Shown: piece after piece, positions 54,887 to 64,000 of the stretch | Layout of the letters: the number at the start of each line of letters is the position of its first letter | Position numbering within the stretch: the stretch's first letter is position 1 | Source: an uncultured Candidatus Planktophila sp. | GTDB lineage: Bacteria > Actinomycetota > Actinomycetes > Nanopelagicales > Nanopelagicaceae | Direction: 5' to 3' | Length of the DNA stretch: 64,000 nucleotides | NCBI GenBank assembly: GCA_964594645.1 | Contig: CAZQNP010000003.1 | Location: 4,359 to 68,358 of the forward strand | Translations under genes and position numbers: made by a program | Notes under the pieces: model-generated | What the model saw: the letters and a program-made list of their open reading frames with translations, nothing else | Told to the model about the DNA's origin: nothing | The model's database searches: none

Positions 54887-55642
54887 TTAGTGATCGTCCT
54901 TCATTCCTTCTGCGATTGACTTCATACGTGCAATCTTCAGGATTGTTAGACCGAATACACACTTCGCCAAGATATCTGCGATTGTGTAACCAACCTGAAC
55001 TGCAACGAATGATGATGCTGTTTCGCTTCCAACGATGTTGAAGATGTAAGCGATTGGGTATACACCCCATGTAGCTAGAAGTAGAAGACGCAGACGGCCA
55101 ACTGTCTCAGCCACACCTGCAGGCTGACGATCAAGTGACTTACCTAGTTCTACGAATAGTACGTAAAGGATGTAAAGGAATGGAAGTGTTGATAGAACAC
55201 CGTATAGAACCTGTGTGTTCTGATCATTTGAAATCTCACCTGGATAACCAAGCGCGATCATCGCAGCTGAAGCTGGGACCAGACGCATGACAAGTGAACG
55301 TGCAACTGCTGCTGTCAAAGCAAGAACTGCAATTACCTCTACTAGTAGTAGTGGCACAGTTAGTAGCCAGTCTACGTAGCGGTATGCCTCGTTGAATGCA
55401 TCCTGAGATCCATCAAGCTTGACCATACCGTTTGTTGAAGCATGCTTGAATGAATCAAAGATGCGTAGGTAGTGGTAACCAGCGATGAATGTAACCATTG
55501 ATGACATTACGAGAGCGTTGCGGTACTTAGGCAATACACGGCTCTGTGAAACGAGTGTGTAAATCGTGCAAGCGAGCATTGAAACTAGGCCTAACGAGAA
55601 TACGTTATAGACCAGTTGCCATTGGTTGCTATCTAATTGCAT
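54887..55642 (-). CDS. actR: Actinorhodopsin (xanthorhodopsin-clade, DTE proton pump)
   Basis: GYHY, YRYVDWLLTVPLLLVE (D-T-E), GYPGE, WGVYP, DILAK retinal lysine; SD GGAGG. Confidence 0.95.
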   Translation of the reverse strand: MQLDSNQWQLVYNVFSLGLVSMLACTIYTLVSQSRVLPKYRNALVMSSMVTFIAGYHYLRIFDSFKHASTNGMVKLDGSQDAFNEAYRYVDWLLTVPLLLVEVIAVLALTAAVARSLVMRLVPASAAMIALGYPGEISNDQNTQVLYGVLSTLPFLYILYVLFVELGKSLDRQPAGVAETVGRLRLLLLATWGVYPIAYIFNIVGSETASSFVAVQVGYTIADILAKCVFGLTILKIARMKSIAEGMKDDH

Positions 55643-55831
55643 TTAATTAGCCTCCGTGAGGATTATGTGAAGAGATCCTTTTGACCTCTCTCAACTCGCT
55701 GACCACGGGAGACCTCGAGGAGCTCCCTTGACCATCGATACCCTTAGTGTGAACCTGTTGCGAGCCTTTTGCACCTGTAAACGGACTTTTTTCCCACTTT
55801 TTTTCAGGAAATTTTCTGGGTTTACGCATGA

Positions 55832-55875
55832 AAAATGGGGCGATTTTTCCGGACTAGCCGGTATCGCCCCATTTT
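55832..55875 (-). terminator. Intrinsic terminator after the DUF885 gene
   Basis: AAAATGGGGCGAT...ATCGCCCCATTTT stem with an inner CCGG/CCGG stem. Confidence 0.75.
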
Positions 55876-55895
55876 CTAAATTACTAGTTAGTAAC

Positions 55896-57545
55896 TTATT
55901 GGCCGTTCCACAACTTCATCTCTGCTGCAAATGGATCAAGCCCCATTGGTCCTAACTTCAATGCATAGCTATGGAACTTCTTCATATTGAAGTTACTGCC
56001 AAGGCGCGCCTTTGCATCTTCGCGAGCGGTCATCCATACACGTTCTCCAACCTTGTATGAAATAGCTTGTCCTGGCCATCCCAAATAACGATCTGTTTCG
56101 CTGCGTGAATGATCCTCATCTAGTAAGGCTTGTTCGTTGAGCAACTTGCGAGAACTTTCTGCATTCCACACATTGCCATCGAAATCCTTGTAACCAAGGT
56201 GCATTCCGATATCTACAACGATTCGTGCTGCACGTAATGCTTGTGCAGATAGGTATCCCATTTCAATTCCTGGTTCATCAAATGCACCTAGTTCATTCAT
56301 GAAACGTTCTGCATAGAGCGCCCAACCTTCACCGTAGCCACTCACCCATGCGGCTTGGCGTTGGTAACGACTTAACCGATCCTTTTCAACTGTTGCAGTT
56401 CCAATTTGAAGATGGTGGCCAGGAACAGCCTCGTGGTACCAAGTAGAAACTAGATGCCAGTTGCTTACCTCGTTCTTGCCAAGCATTGGAATCCATGTTG
56501 TTCCTGGACGTGAAAGATCCTCTGATGGTGGGTTGTAATAAGGAGCAGAGGCGCTACCTTCAGGTGCAAGTCGTGCTTCACAAACTGCGATGCGCGGATC
56601 GATCTCGAAGAACTCGCCATTCATGCGCTTCATCGCGGCATCAGTGAAATCCTGAAGGTACTTCACTACATTTTCTGGACCAACAACCTTGTACTTAGGG
56701 TCGTTATCTAAAGTATCTGCAACCTCGCGAAGTGTTTTTGCTTCTGGATTGATTAACTTTGCAAGCTCCCACATACGATCATTAATCGCCTTGAGTTCTT
56801 GCTTGCCCCATTCATAGGTTGCAGGTAGATCAAGCTTCGCACCTGTGAAGTAACGAGCCCACACCGCATAACGCTCTGCGCCAACTGCATCATTAGGTGT
56901 TGCAATGGGTAAGTACTTGGTACGCAAAAATTCAGCTGTTTCGGCAGATGCCTTTTCAGCAAGCTTTGCCGCTTCATGAATCGCTGGGTACTTGCCATCA
57001 GCATCAAAGTTCTTACACATTGCGCTATAGCCACCATTGGCATAGCTATCTAATTGGGCAATAACTCCATTAACTTGACGTTGGGCGGTTGTCTTTCCAG
57101 ATTTAGCAACTGTCAAAATGGTTTCGCACCAAGACTTGTATGCACCATCTACCGCTGCCAAACGCTTGGCAATATTGTCAAAATCTTGCGCTGAACTCTT
57201 AGGCATTAACTCAAAGATTGAACGGACATTTGAAGGTGGTGATGTCAGTACATTCCAAAGAACAAATGCTTCCTGACTGTCATGTAGAGCAAGACCTGAT
57301 TCAAGGCGCTCGGTCATAACCGCTTTAGCGATTCGATCAATCTCATCAATTGGCTCAAGGGAGGCTAACTTCTTTAAAGTCTCGCGGGTTAGATTCGCGC
57401 TGACTTCAGCGGCTGCAAGTGAAAAATCATCTAACTTGTCCTGGTTCAAACCATTTCCAAGGTAGGTGCATCCCATTGGGCTTAGTGCTGCTTCTTGATC
57501 GATGTAAACATCGCTGATTTCAAATATGGGTGATCTATGTGTCAT
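55896..57545 (-). CDS. DUF885 family putative metallopeptidase
   Basis: YHEAVPGHHLQ, EGWALYAE, RAARIVVDIGMH, PGQAISYKVGE. Confidence 0.9.
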   Translation of the reverse strand: MTHRSPIFEISDVYIDQEAALSPMGCTYLGNGLNQDKLDDFSLAAAEVSANLTRETLKKLASLEPIDEIDRIAKAVMTERLESGLALHDSQEAFVLWNVLTSPPSNVRSIFELMPKSSAQDFDNIAKRLAAVDGAYKSWCETILTVAKSGKTTAQRQVNGVIAQLDSYANGGYSAMCKNFDADGKYPAIHEAAKLAEKASAETAEFLRTKYLPIATPNDAVGAERYAVWARYFTGAKLDLPATYEWGKQELKAINDRMWELAKLINPEAKTLREVADTLDNDPKYKVVGPENVVKYLQDFTDAAMKRMNGEFFEIDPRIAVCEARLAPEGSASAPYYNPPSEDLSRPGTTWIPMLGKNEVSNWHLVSTWYHEAVPGHHLQIGTATVEKDRLSRYQRQAAWVSGYGEGWALYAERFMNELGAFDEPGIEMGYLSAQALRAARIVVDIGMHLGYKDFDGNVWNAESSRKLLNEQALLDEDHSRSETDRYLGWPGQAISYKVGERVWMTAREDAKARLGSNFNMKKFHSYALKLGPMGLDPFAAEMKLWNGQ

Positions 57546-57615
57546 GGCGCAAGTTTGGCAGTGGCTTTAGCCTTTGTCCACGGGTAAAGCTCTTTTAATA
57601 CCCTAGGCTTCCGTG

Positions 57616-58260
57616 GTGAGTCAGACTCCTGTAATACCTCCAAAGCTACGCGGCTGGTTTCACTTAGGAGCAACTCCGGCGGTAATAATCGCATCACTGG
57701 TTCTTTTCATATTGAGTGAATCATCCTTGAAATTTGCCGTTGCAATCTATTCAGTAACAGCGATCATGCTCTTTAGCGTCTCTGCCATCTACCATCGCGT
57801 TCCTTGGGTGCCAGCTAAGAAGAAGATTTGGCGACGTTGGGATCATGCCAACATCAACTTGTTGATTGCAGGTTCTTACACCCCATTTGCAGTTGCCTTA
57901 CTTGAAGGTCGCGATAGAACAATTTTGTTATCGGTTGTTTGGATCGGTGCAGCTATGGGTGTTGGCTTGCGGGTTTTTTGGCTCAATGCACCGCGCTGGT
58001 TATATGTTGCAAACTACTTACTGTTGGGATGGGTTGCGGTTTTCTACACACCGGCGTTGTATCGGGCGGGTGGTTTATGGGTGTTAATTCCTATCGCAAT
58101 TGGCGGTCTCTTCTATTCCGTGGGTGCCATCTTCTACGCGCTCAAGCGTCCCGGGCGGCAGGCTAAGTACTTTGGCTTTCATGAGCTCTTCCATATCTTT
58201 GTTCTGGCCGCATGGATCTCGCAATACATAGCCATTTCTGTGGCGATTTACAGTAAATAG
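57616..58260 (+). CDS. Hemolysin III / PAQR (TrhA-like) membrane protein
   Basis: PKLRGWFH, SAIYH, DHANI.LLIAGSYTP, FGFHELFH; GTG 57616 fits TAGGCT-N6 (the ORF track starts at 57613). Confidence 0.9.
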   Translation: MSQTPVIPPKLRGWFHLGATPAVIIASLVLFILSESSLKFAVAIYSVTAIMLFSVSAIYHRVPWVPAKKKIWRRWDHANINLLIAGSYTPFAVALLEGRDRTILLSVVWIGAAMGVGLRVFWLNAPRWLYVANYLLLGWVAVFYTPALYRAGGLWVLIPIAIGGLFYSVGAIFYALKRPGRQAKYFGFHELFHIFVLAAWISQYIAISVAIYSK

Positions 58261-58317
58261 GCCCTTGCTCTAACCTAAGCCCACATCAATACATCTTTAC
58301 TTGAGGCGGGGTGCACC

Positions 58318-59154
58318 ATGGCGGAAAAGAAGAGCTTCCTTAACTGGGTCGGCTTTACTGGCGAGGATGAAAGTTCAAACCAGCCATCATCTGTTGACCG
58401 CATCCGCGAACTCGAAGCACAGATTGCAGATCTAAAGTCCCGTCGTGACATTACCGGGTTGACTAAAGAAGAGTTTGAAATTCTTGCGACAGAGACAGCG
58501 ATGTCGATGATTAAATCTGCCCAAGCTCGCGAAAGTAAGGCGCAGGCCGCGGCATCACGTTTGGTTGCAGAGACAACTCGTGCAACAAAGGAAGAGTTGG
58601 AAGCGGCTGAAGCAAAGGCTCGCTCAATTCTTTCAGGTGCTGAATCACGTGGACGTAAGTACATTCAGACCGCAGAGGCTGAAGCTGAAGAAAGAATTGC
58701 ACAGGCAGAAGCCGACGCTGAAAGCTTGATGGAGAGCAAGAAGCGTGAGATCTCAACACTTGCAACAGCTGCGCGCCGCGAAGGTGAAAGAATTATCACC
58801 GAAGCAACAACTGAAGTTTCTGGCTATCGCCAATGGCTGGCCGGTGTTATTTCAGAAGCAGAACGTTTATACAGAATTCAGAAGCAATCTCTAGATGCTG
58901 CCGAGTCTGCAATTCAGCAATCACGAAACCGTCTAGATGGCGCATTTGCTCGATTAGAGGAGCTTCAGAAGAGTGTTTTAGATAATCTCAATGCAGATGA
59001 CACCTTAATTAATCCAGGCCCGCTCAAGGTTTCAAGCCAACGCACCCGCCCAGCACTTGCTGCACCCGCCAAGGCTGTTAAGGCAAGCACTAAGAAGGCG
59101 GCAAAAAAGGCGCCAGCGAAGAAGAGCGCTGCAAAGAAATCTGCAAAGCGCTAA
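58318..59154 (+). CDS. DivIVA/FilP-like coiled-coil protein with Lys/Ala-rich C-terminal tail
   Basis: Ala/Glu/Arg-rich helical body with about 11-residue periodicity; tail KKAAKKAPAKKSAAKKSAKR; family assignment tentative. Confidence 0.65.
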   Translation: MAEKKSFLNWVGFTGEDESSNQPSSVDRIRELEAQIADLKSRRDITGLTKEEFEILATETAMSMIKSAQARESKAQAAASRLVAETTRATKEELEAAEAKARSILSGAESRGRKYIQTAEAEAEERIAQAEADAESLMESKKREISTLATAARREGERIITEATTEVSGYRQWLAGVISEAERLYRIQKQSLDAAESAIQQSRNRLDGAFARLEELQKSVLDNLNADDTLINPGPLKVSSQRTRPALAAPAKAVKASTKKAAKKAPAKKSAAKKSAKR

Positions 59155-59176
59155 TTTCATTTAGCTCATAACAGCC

Positions 59177-60943
59177 ATGTCCACTTCCCGAGGCATCCGT
59201 TACATACCTGCGATTGATGGTTTGCGCGCTGTAGCTGTTATTGCGGTGATGTTGTATCACCTAGGTTTTGATTGGATTCCGGGTGGATTCTTAGGTGTAG
59301 ATCTCTTCTTTGTTATCTCGGGATATGTGATTACCCGTTTATTGCTTGATTCGATCCAAAGAAGTGGCGGCCTAGATTTAAGGGCTTTCTACATAGCCCG
59401 CATCAGACGTTTGCTGCCACCACTTGTCTTCATGATTATTGTGACAACGGTCTTTATTGGGGTCTGGGCACCAGACACAATGCGCCGCTTTGTCATTGAT
59501 ACTCCATTTGCACTCTTTGGTGGAATGAATTGGTGGTTGGTGTATCGCCAAACCGATTACTTTGAGAGCATCGGACGGGCTCCACTTTTGCAACACACCT
59601 GGTCGCTGGGTGTGGAGGCACAGTTTTACTTAGTCTGGCCGTTGATCCTTCTTTTGGTTCTGCGTTACTTTGGAAAAAACAAGATTTCTGGTGCTGCACT
59701 AATAATCGCAGCATTTTCAGGTATCTCGCTTCTGCTTGTCTCGCTGCGCATTGATGCAACAAACTCTTCCAGCGTTAGCCATGTTTACTTTGGCACCGAT
59801 ACTCACAGTATTGGTTTATTCCTAGGTGCCGCTCTTGCTGTGCGGTGGATTCCGCAGAACCTCAATGAGACGGTTAGCAAGAAGGCGCAAGACTTTATCG
59901 ATGGTATCGGTCTCTTTGGTCTCATTGGAATCATTGCAGCGTTCATGCTGGTTGATGAGGGTGATCCAACTCTTTACAAGATTGCATTTCCATTAGCTGG
60001 AATTTTTGGTTGTGCAATTATCACTTCGATTGTGCATCCCGCTTCTCGCTTTGCCCCGATCCTAAGCACAAGGCCATTTGTCTGGATCGGTGAGCGTTCA
60101 TACGCAATCTATTTGTGGCACTGGGTAGTTTTTCAGCTTACCCGCCCACAGTTTGATCTAGAAGGATCTCCTTGGGCCCTTTATACATTGCGAGTATTGA
60201 TTGTCTTTGCGCTGGCAGATATCTCATTGCGACTCGTTGAATTACCAATTAGAACAGGGCTTATTGATTATTGGTTTAAGGGAATGAAGTATCGAACCAA
60301 GCGGGTTCAACTCCGTCAAAAGTTTGCAGTCTTTCTTATAATTATTTCAACCATTGGTATCACTACAACCTCTGCATTAAGCGCGATCGCGGAAGGTGAT
60401 CGCCAGCTCAATCAACTCAAAAAACAGTTGGAGCAGCCAGCGGTAACCCCTTCAATAACAGAAGGTGGCTTATGGGTTACCGGCGACTCGGTGATTTTAG
60501 GAATTCGTTTTGAGTTAGATGAACGTGAAAACATAGGATTGATTAATGCTCGAGTAGGGCGACAAGCCCCTGAGTTGTTAGAGGTAATCAAGAACGATAA
60601 AGCCAATATGGTTGGCTCAACCATCATCTTAAATCTGGGTAACAACAACAAGTTAAGTGAAGATCAGGTCGCAGCGATCTTTGCTGAAATTTCAGAACAG
60701 CCTCGAATAATCGTCGTTAACACCGCGGTTCCTCGTGCTTGGCGGGATGAGAACAACGCCCTGATCGCAAAGTATGCAGCTCAATACGGAGCACGTTTAA
60801 TTGATTGGGCAGCGATTTCAGCTGCTCATCCAGAGTACTTTGGTCCAGATGGAGTGCACTTAGTTCCTGCGGGAGTTCGCGCATATGTAGATGCGATTGC
60901 TGCAGAGCTTCCAGTTGGTGCAGCAGAAACAATTGGGCAATAA
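59177..60943 (+). CDS. Acyltransferase-3 + SGNH protein (OatA-like O-acetyltransferase)
   Basis: DGLRAVAV, GGFLGVDLFFVISGY, HTWSL.VE.QFY, SYAIYLWHW; SGNH GDSV, LGNN, DGVH. Confidence 0.88.
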   Translation: MSTSRGIRYIPAIDGLRAVAVIAVMLYHLGFDWIPGGFLGVDLFFVISGYVITRLLLDSIQRSGGLDLRAFYIARIRRLLPPLVFMIIVTTVFIGVWAPDTMRRFVIDTPFALFGGMNWWLVYRQTDYFESIGRAPLLQHTWSLGVEAQFYLVWPLILLLVLRYFGKNKISGAALIIAAFSGISLLLVSLRIDATNSSSVSHVYFGTDTHSIGLFLGAALAVRWIPQNLNETVSKKAQDFIDGIGLFGLIGIIAAFMLVDEGDPTLYKIAFPLAGIFGCAIITSIVHPASRFAPILSTRPFVWIGERSYAIYLWHWVVFQLTRPQFDLEGSPWALYTLRVLIVFALADISLRLVELPIRTGLIDYWFKGMKYRTKRVQLRQKFAVFLIIISTIGITTTSALSAIAEGDRQLNQLKKQLEQPAVTPSITEGGLWVTGDSVILGIRFELDERENIGLINARVGRQAPELLEVIKNDKANMVGSTIILNLGNNNKLSEDQVAAIFAEISEQPRIIVVNTAVPRAWRDENNALIAKYAAQYGARLIDWAAISAAHPEYFGPDGVHLVPAGVRAYVDAIAAELPVGAAETIGQ

Positions 60944-60944
60944 A

Positions 60945-60972
60945 AAATCCCCCACCGTTAAGTGAGGGATTT
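60945..60972. terminator. Hairpin between convergent genes
   Basis: AAATCCCcCAC-cgttaa-GTGaGGGATTT flanked by A/T tracts. Confidence 0.6.
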
Positions 60973-60990
60973 CTTACTAAGAGTTTTTTA

Positions 60991-61818
60991 TTACTTAAAC
61001 TCTCCAGGAATTCCAAAAGCTGTAGCTGATGCAGTTTGTCCATCTGAGTAAACAGATGAAACGCGGAACTGTGTCCATCCTGAATCACTTGCCTTTGTTA
61101 CATTCTGTGTGAGTTGATCAGCAGGAACAGTTGCAATAACTGTCCAGTCTCCGGTGCCGTTTGCACGAACCTCAACGTTGTATCCAGTTAGACCTTCAAC
61201 AGCTGTTGGTGCTACCCAGCGAAGCTTTAATCCGCCTTCGGCATTGAGTGCTACAAACTTTGTTGGAGCCTCTACAGCTGAAACTGTTGCTGTTGGCTCT
61301 TCGCTCTCAGATGGTGATGTAGATGGTTCTGCACTTTGTGACATCGAAGGTGCAGGTGCCGCATCATCGTTTTCGGTGCTTGAAGATTGTGACCACACGA
61401 TAACTGCGAGCGCAGCAATACCGATTACAACTAACCATGCTGTGCGAGTTGAAGTTGATTGCTTTGGTGCCGCAACTGGCTTAGCAGGTGCAGGTGTCGC
61501 AGGCTTTACAGGTGCGGCAACAGCTGCAGGCTTTGGAGCAGAGGTAACTGCAACTGCAGCCTTCTTGACTACACGCTTTGCAGGAGCCTTCTTAGCAACC
61601 TTCTTTGCAGCTGTCTTCTTTGCAACAGCTTTCTTTGCAACCTTCTTTGCTGGTGACTTCTTAGCAACAGCTTTCTTAGCTGTCTTCTTTTTCGCTACAG
61701 CCTTTTTCGCTACAGCCTTCTTTGCAGGTGACTTCTTCTTTGCAACAGCCTTCTTTGCTGTTGACTTCTTGGCAGCTGTCTTCTTTGCTGCCTTCTTTGC
61801 GGTCTTCTTAACGGCCAC
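60991..61818 (-). CDS. Histone-H1-like AKK-repeat N-terminus + single TM helix + fibronectin type III domain
   Basis: About 15 AKK units in residues 1-87; [18 protein letters not shown]; S/P/E linker; FN3 pattern LRWVAP, GYNVE, W, FRVSSV; SD AAGGAG. Confidence 0.8.
   Translation of the reverse strand: MAVKKTAKKAAKKTAAKKSTAKKAVAKKKSPAKKAVAKKAVAKKKTAKKAVAKKSPAKKVAKKAVAKKTAAKKVAKKAPAKRVVKKAAVAVTSAPKPAAVAAPVKPATPAPAKPVAAPKQSTSTRTAWLVVIGIAALAVIVWSQSSSTENDDAAPAPSMSQSAEPSTSPSESEEPTATVSAVEAPTKFVALNAEGGLKLRWVAPTAVEGLTGYNVEVRANGTGDWTVIATVPADQLTQNVTKASDSGWTQFRVSSVYSDGQTASATAFGIPGEFK
61558..61818 (-). repeat. Coding low-complexity repeat (AKKxx units)
   Basis: Recurrent TTCTTTGC / TTCTTAGC units on the + strand at about 12-18 bp spacing. 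Confidence 0.85.
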
Positions 61819-61874
61819 GTGGAACTCCTTGGGTTGCGGTACGCACGTTTTTAACGCACTTGTATGGGTTAAGG

Positions 61875-62492
61875 CTACCCCAGGCTCGCAAGCATTTGGA
61901 TGACATGGGGTGCGATAGCCCGAAGTGATTTTCCACGGTGACTCATTAAATCCTTTTCCGCTGCGCTCATTTGTGCTGAGGAGATACTCAAACCCAGGGG
62001 CTGAAATATCGGGTCATACCCAAAACCGTTCTCGCCTACGGGTGCGTGAAGGATGTGGCCATCAAAACGACCTTCGGCTACCTGGTGGCGGCCATCGGGT
62101 AACACCAAGGAGGCAACGCACATAAAGTGCGCGGTTCGCATCTGATCTGGAACATCCTTGAGTTGATCTAAAACCTTTTCCAGATTTGCCCGATCATCTC
62201 CATGAACCCCTGCCCAGCGTGCCGAATAAATACCTGGATCACCATTGAGGGCATCAACACAAAGACCTGAGTCATCTGCAATTGCGGGCAATCCGGTGGC
62301 TTCACAGGTGTAGCGCGCCTTAAGTAAGGAGTTCTCTTCAAATGTTGAACCAGTTTCATCAACATCAACTAAATGCGGAAATTGATCAACACCAATCAAC
62401 TCAATCTGCCCAGGTGCAAGTTCCTCAAGAATCCTTCGAAACTCTGTGATCTTTCCTTGATTACGTGTTGCAAGAACAAGTTTGTGGGACAT
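61875..62492 (-). CDS. rdgB: Non-canonical purine NTP pyrophosphatase
   Basis: [31 protein letters not shown]. Confidence 0.95.
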   Translation of the reverse strand: MSHKLVLATRNQGKITEFRRILEELAPGQIELIGVDQFPHLVDVDETGSTFEENSLLKARYTCEATGLPAIADDSGLCVDALNGDPGIYSARWAGVHGDDRANLEKVLDQLKDVPDQMRTAHFMCVASLVLPDGRHQVAEGRFDGHILHAPVGENGFGYDPIFQPLGLSISSAQMSAAEKDLMSHRGKSLRAIAPHVIQMLASLG

Positions 62493-63217
62493 TACTTAGC
62501 GAGTACATCTTTCTGAAGTTGGCTCAAGGTTGAACATCCGGCAACTGCTAGATCAAGCAATTGATTAAGAAGTTCGCGATCAAATGGTTCACCTTCTGCG
62601 GTGCCTTGAACTTCGATGAAACGACCATCGCCTGCAACAACAACATTCATATCAGTACCTGCGCGTACATCCTCTTCATAGCAAAGATCGAGCATTGGTA
62701 CTCCATCGATGATTCCAACACTTACCGCTGCTACTGAATCATTGAGTGGCTTGGCACTTTCTTTGATGTGGCTTTGTGTCTTCGCCCATGCAATGGCATC
62801 AGCTAATGCAACATAGGCACCTGTGATCGCAGCGGTACGTGTTCCACCATCTGCCTGAAGAACATCACAATCGATAACGATTGTGTTTTCGCCAAGTTCT
62901 TTCATATTCACTACTGCGCGAAGTGAGCGACCAACAAGACGTGAAATCTCTTGGGTGCGTCCACCTAACTTGCCCTTAACGCTTTCACGGTCTGAACGTG
63001 TGTGCGTTGCACGAGGCAGCATTGAATACTCTGATGTGACCCAACCATTTCCGGTGTCCTTTAACCAGCGAGGAACACCGGGAGTAAAAGATGCAACACA
63101 CAAAACACGTGTCTTACCAAACTCAACTAATACTGAACCTTCGGCATGGTCTAGCCATCCACGTGTGAACTTGATTTCTCGTAAATCCTTCTCGGAACGT
63201 CCATCATTGCGTGGCAT
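62492..63217 (-). CDS. rph: Ribonuclease PH
   Basis: [41 protein letters not shown]. Confidence 0.97.
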   Translation of the reverse strand: MPRNDGRSEKDLREIKFTRGWLDHAEGSVLVEFGKTRVLCVASFTPGVPRWLKDTGNGWVTSEYSMLPRATHTRSDRESVKGKLGGRTQEISRLVGRSLRAVVNMKELGENTIVIDCDVLQADGGTRTAAITGAYVALADAIAWAKTQSHIKESAKPLNDSVAAVSVGIIDGVPMLDLCYEEDVRAGTDMNVVVAGDGRFIEVQGTAEGEPFDRELLNQLLDLAVAGCSTLSQLQKDVLAK

Positions 63218-63259
63218 TTTGACTCCTCTAGTTTGGAAATTAAGTTAAAAATCTATTGA

Positions 63260-64000
63260 TTACAGCTCTTGGTGTTCAACGTGCGTTACTTCTGGGCCTA
63301 GAAAACGTCGAGCTAAGGTTTCAAAGGCCTTTGCATCACCGGTTGCTAAGAATCTATGTGTTGCTGGAGTTGCACTGTGAACTCGTAAGGAACCATTTTC
63401 AACAAGGGTTCGATACAAATCTTTTGCGGTTTCTTCGGCGCTCGAGACCAAAGTGACCCCTTCTCCCATTACGTACGAGATAACTCCTGTCAGTAATGGG
63501 TAGTGGGTGCAGCCCAGAACCAAGGTATCTACCTTTGCATCCATCACAGGTGCCAAATACTCGCGGGCTACCTTTGTGATTTCAGGTCCAGATGTTTCAC
63601 CACGTTCTACAAACTCCACAAACAAAGGACAAGCGATTGAAGTAATTTTTAATTGTGGAGCAGCTGCAAAGGCATCTAGATAGGCCTTTGAATCAATGGT
63701 TGCGCGTGTACCAATAACCCCCACATTTCCAGAGCGAGTTGCAGCAACTGCTCTTCGCACTGCAGGTTGAATCACTTCTATAACCGGAATTGAGTACCGC
63801 TCACGCGCATCTCGTAGCATCGCAGCTGAAGCGGTATTACACGCAATAACAATTGCCTTAACGCCTTGATCTACGAGGTAATCCATTGTTTCAAGTGCGA
63901 ACTCACGAACCTCGGCAAGTGGACGCGGACCATAAGGTCCACGTGCGGTGTCACCTATATACAGAGTGGATTCATTAGGAAGTTGATCAAGGATTGCACG
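63260..64000 (-). CDS. murI: Glutamate racemase (5' end outside the window)
   Basis: Frame is open to the window end (DTARGPYG); ACNTAS and LGCTHY catalytic cysteines. Confidence 0.95.
   Translation of the reverse strand, partial: RAILDQLPNESTLYIGDTARGPYGPRPLAEVREFALETMDYLVDQGVKAIVIACNTASAAMLRDARERYSIPVIEVIQPAVRRAVAATRSGNVGVIGTRATIDSKAYLDAFAAAPQLKITSIACPLFVEFVERGETSGPEITKVAREYLAPVMDAKVDTLVLGCTHYPLLTGVISYVMGEGVTLVSSAEETAKDLYRTLVENGSLRVHSATPATHRFLATGDAKAFETLARRFLGPEVTHVEHQEL

Noticed and set aside
54047-54890. Integrative element at tRNA-Leu
   Set aside because: No direct repeat of the tRNA end and no mobility genes seen
55647-55955. Short ORFs (60 and 75 aa) upstream of the rhodopsin
   Set aside because: No SD or leaderless signature and no recognisable motif; they overlap a terminator and the promoter/leader region
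61154-61903. 249-aa + strand ORF rich in F/A/T
   Set aside because: Antisense shadow of the AKK-repeat gene; the repeats lack stops on the opposite strand

Overview
A gene-dense core-genome segment with very short intergenic spacers. Gene content and order point to a streamlined freshwater actinobacterium, most likely acI / Nanopelagicales (Planktophila-like); this taxonomy is inferred, not database-verified. It holds the conserved actinobacterial block argS-lysA-hom-thrC-thrB-rho-rpmE-prfA-prmC-tsaC-glyA-wecA-atp, plus murA/pduO, aceE-glgE-glgB, an amine-metabolism cluster (GGT, gabT, PLP decarboxylase), a xylose ABC transporter with xylA, an actinorhodopsin, tRNA-Val(TAC), tRNA-Leu(TAG), a yybP-ykoY Mn riboswitch before terC/alx, and murI-rph-rdgB. 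I found no transposase, integrase, phage, CRISPR or defence genes. Best leads: (1) a syntenic TsaC that has lost its catalytic motifs; (2) a protein with a histone-like AKK N-terminus, one TM helix and an FN3 domain, and a coiled-coil protein with an amphipathic N-terminus and AKK tail, flanking an OatA-like acetyltransferase; (3) pervasive leaderless promoters (TANNNT-N6/7-start); (4) an ATP synthase with an alanine-substituted c-subunit motif and a tail-less epsilon; (5) structured leaders before the rhodopsin and xylF; (6) an AAC(2')-I homolog next to tRNA-Val.
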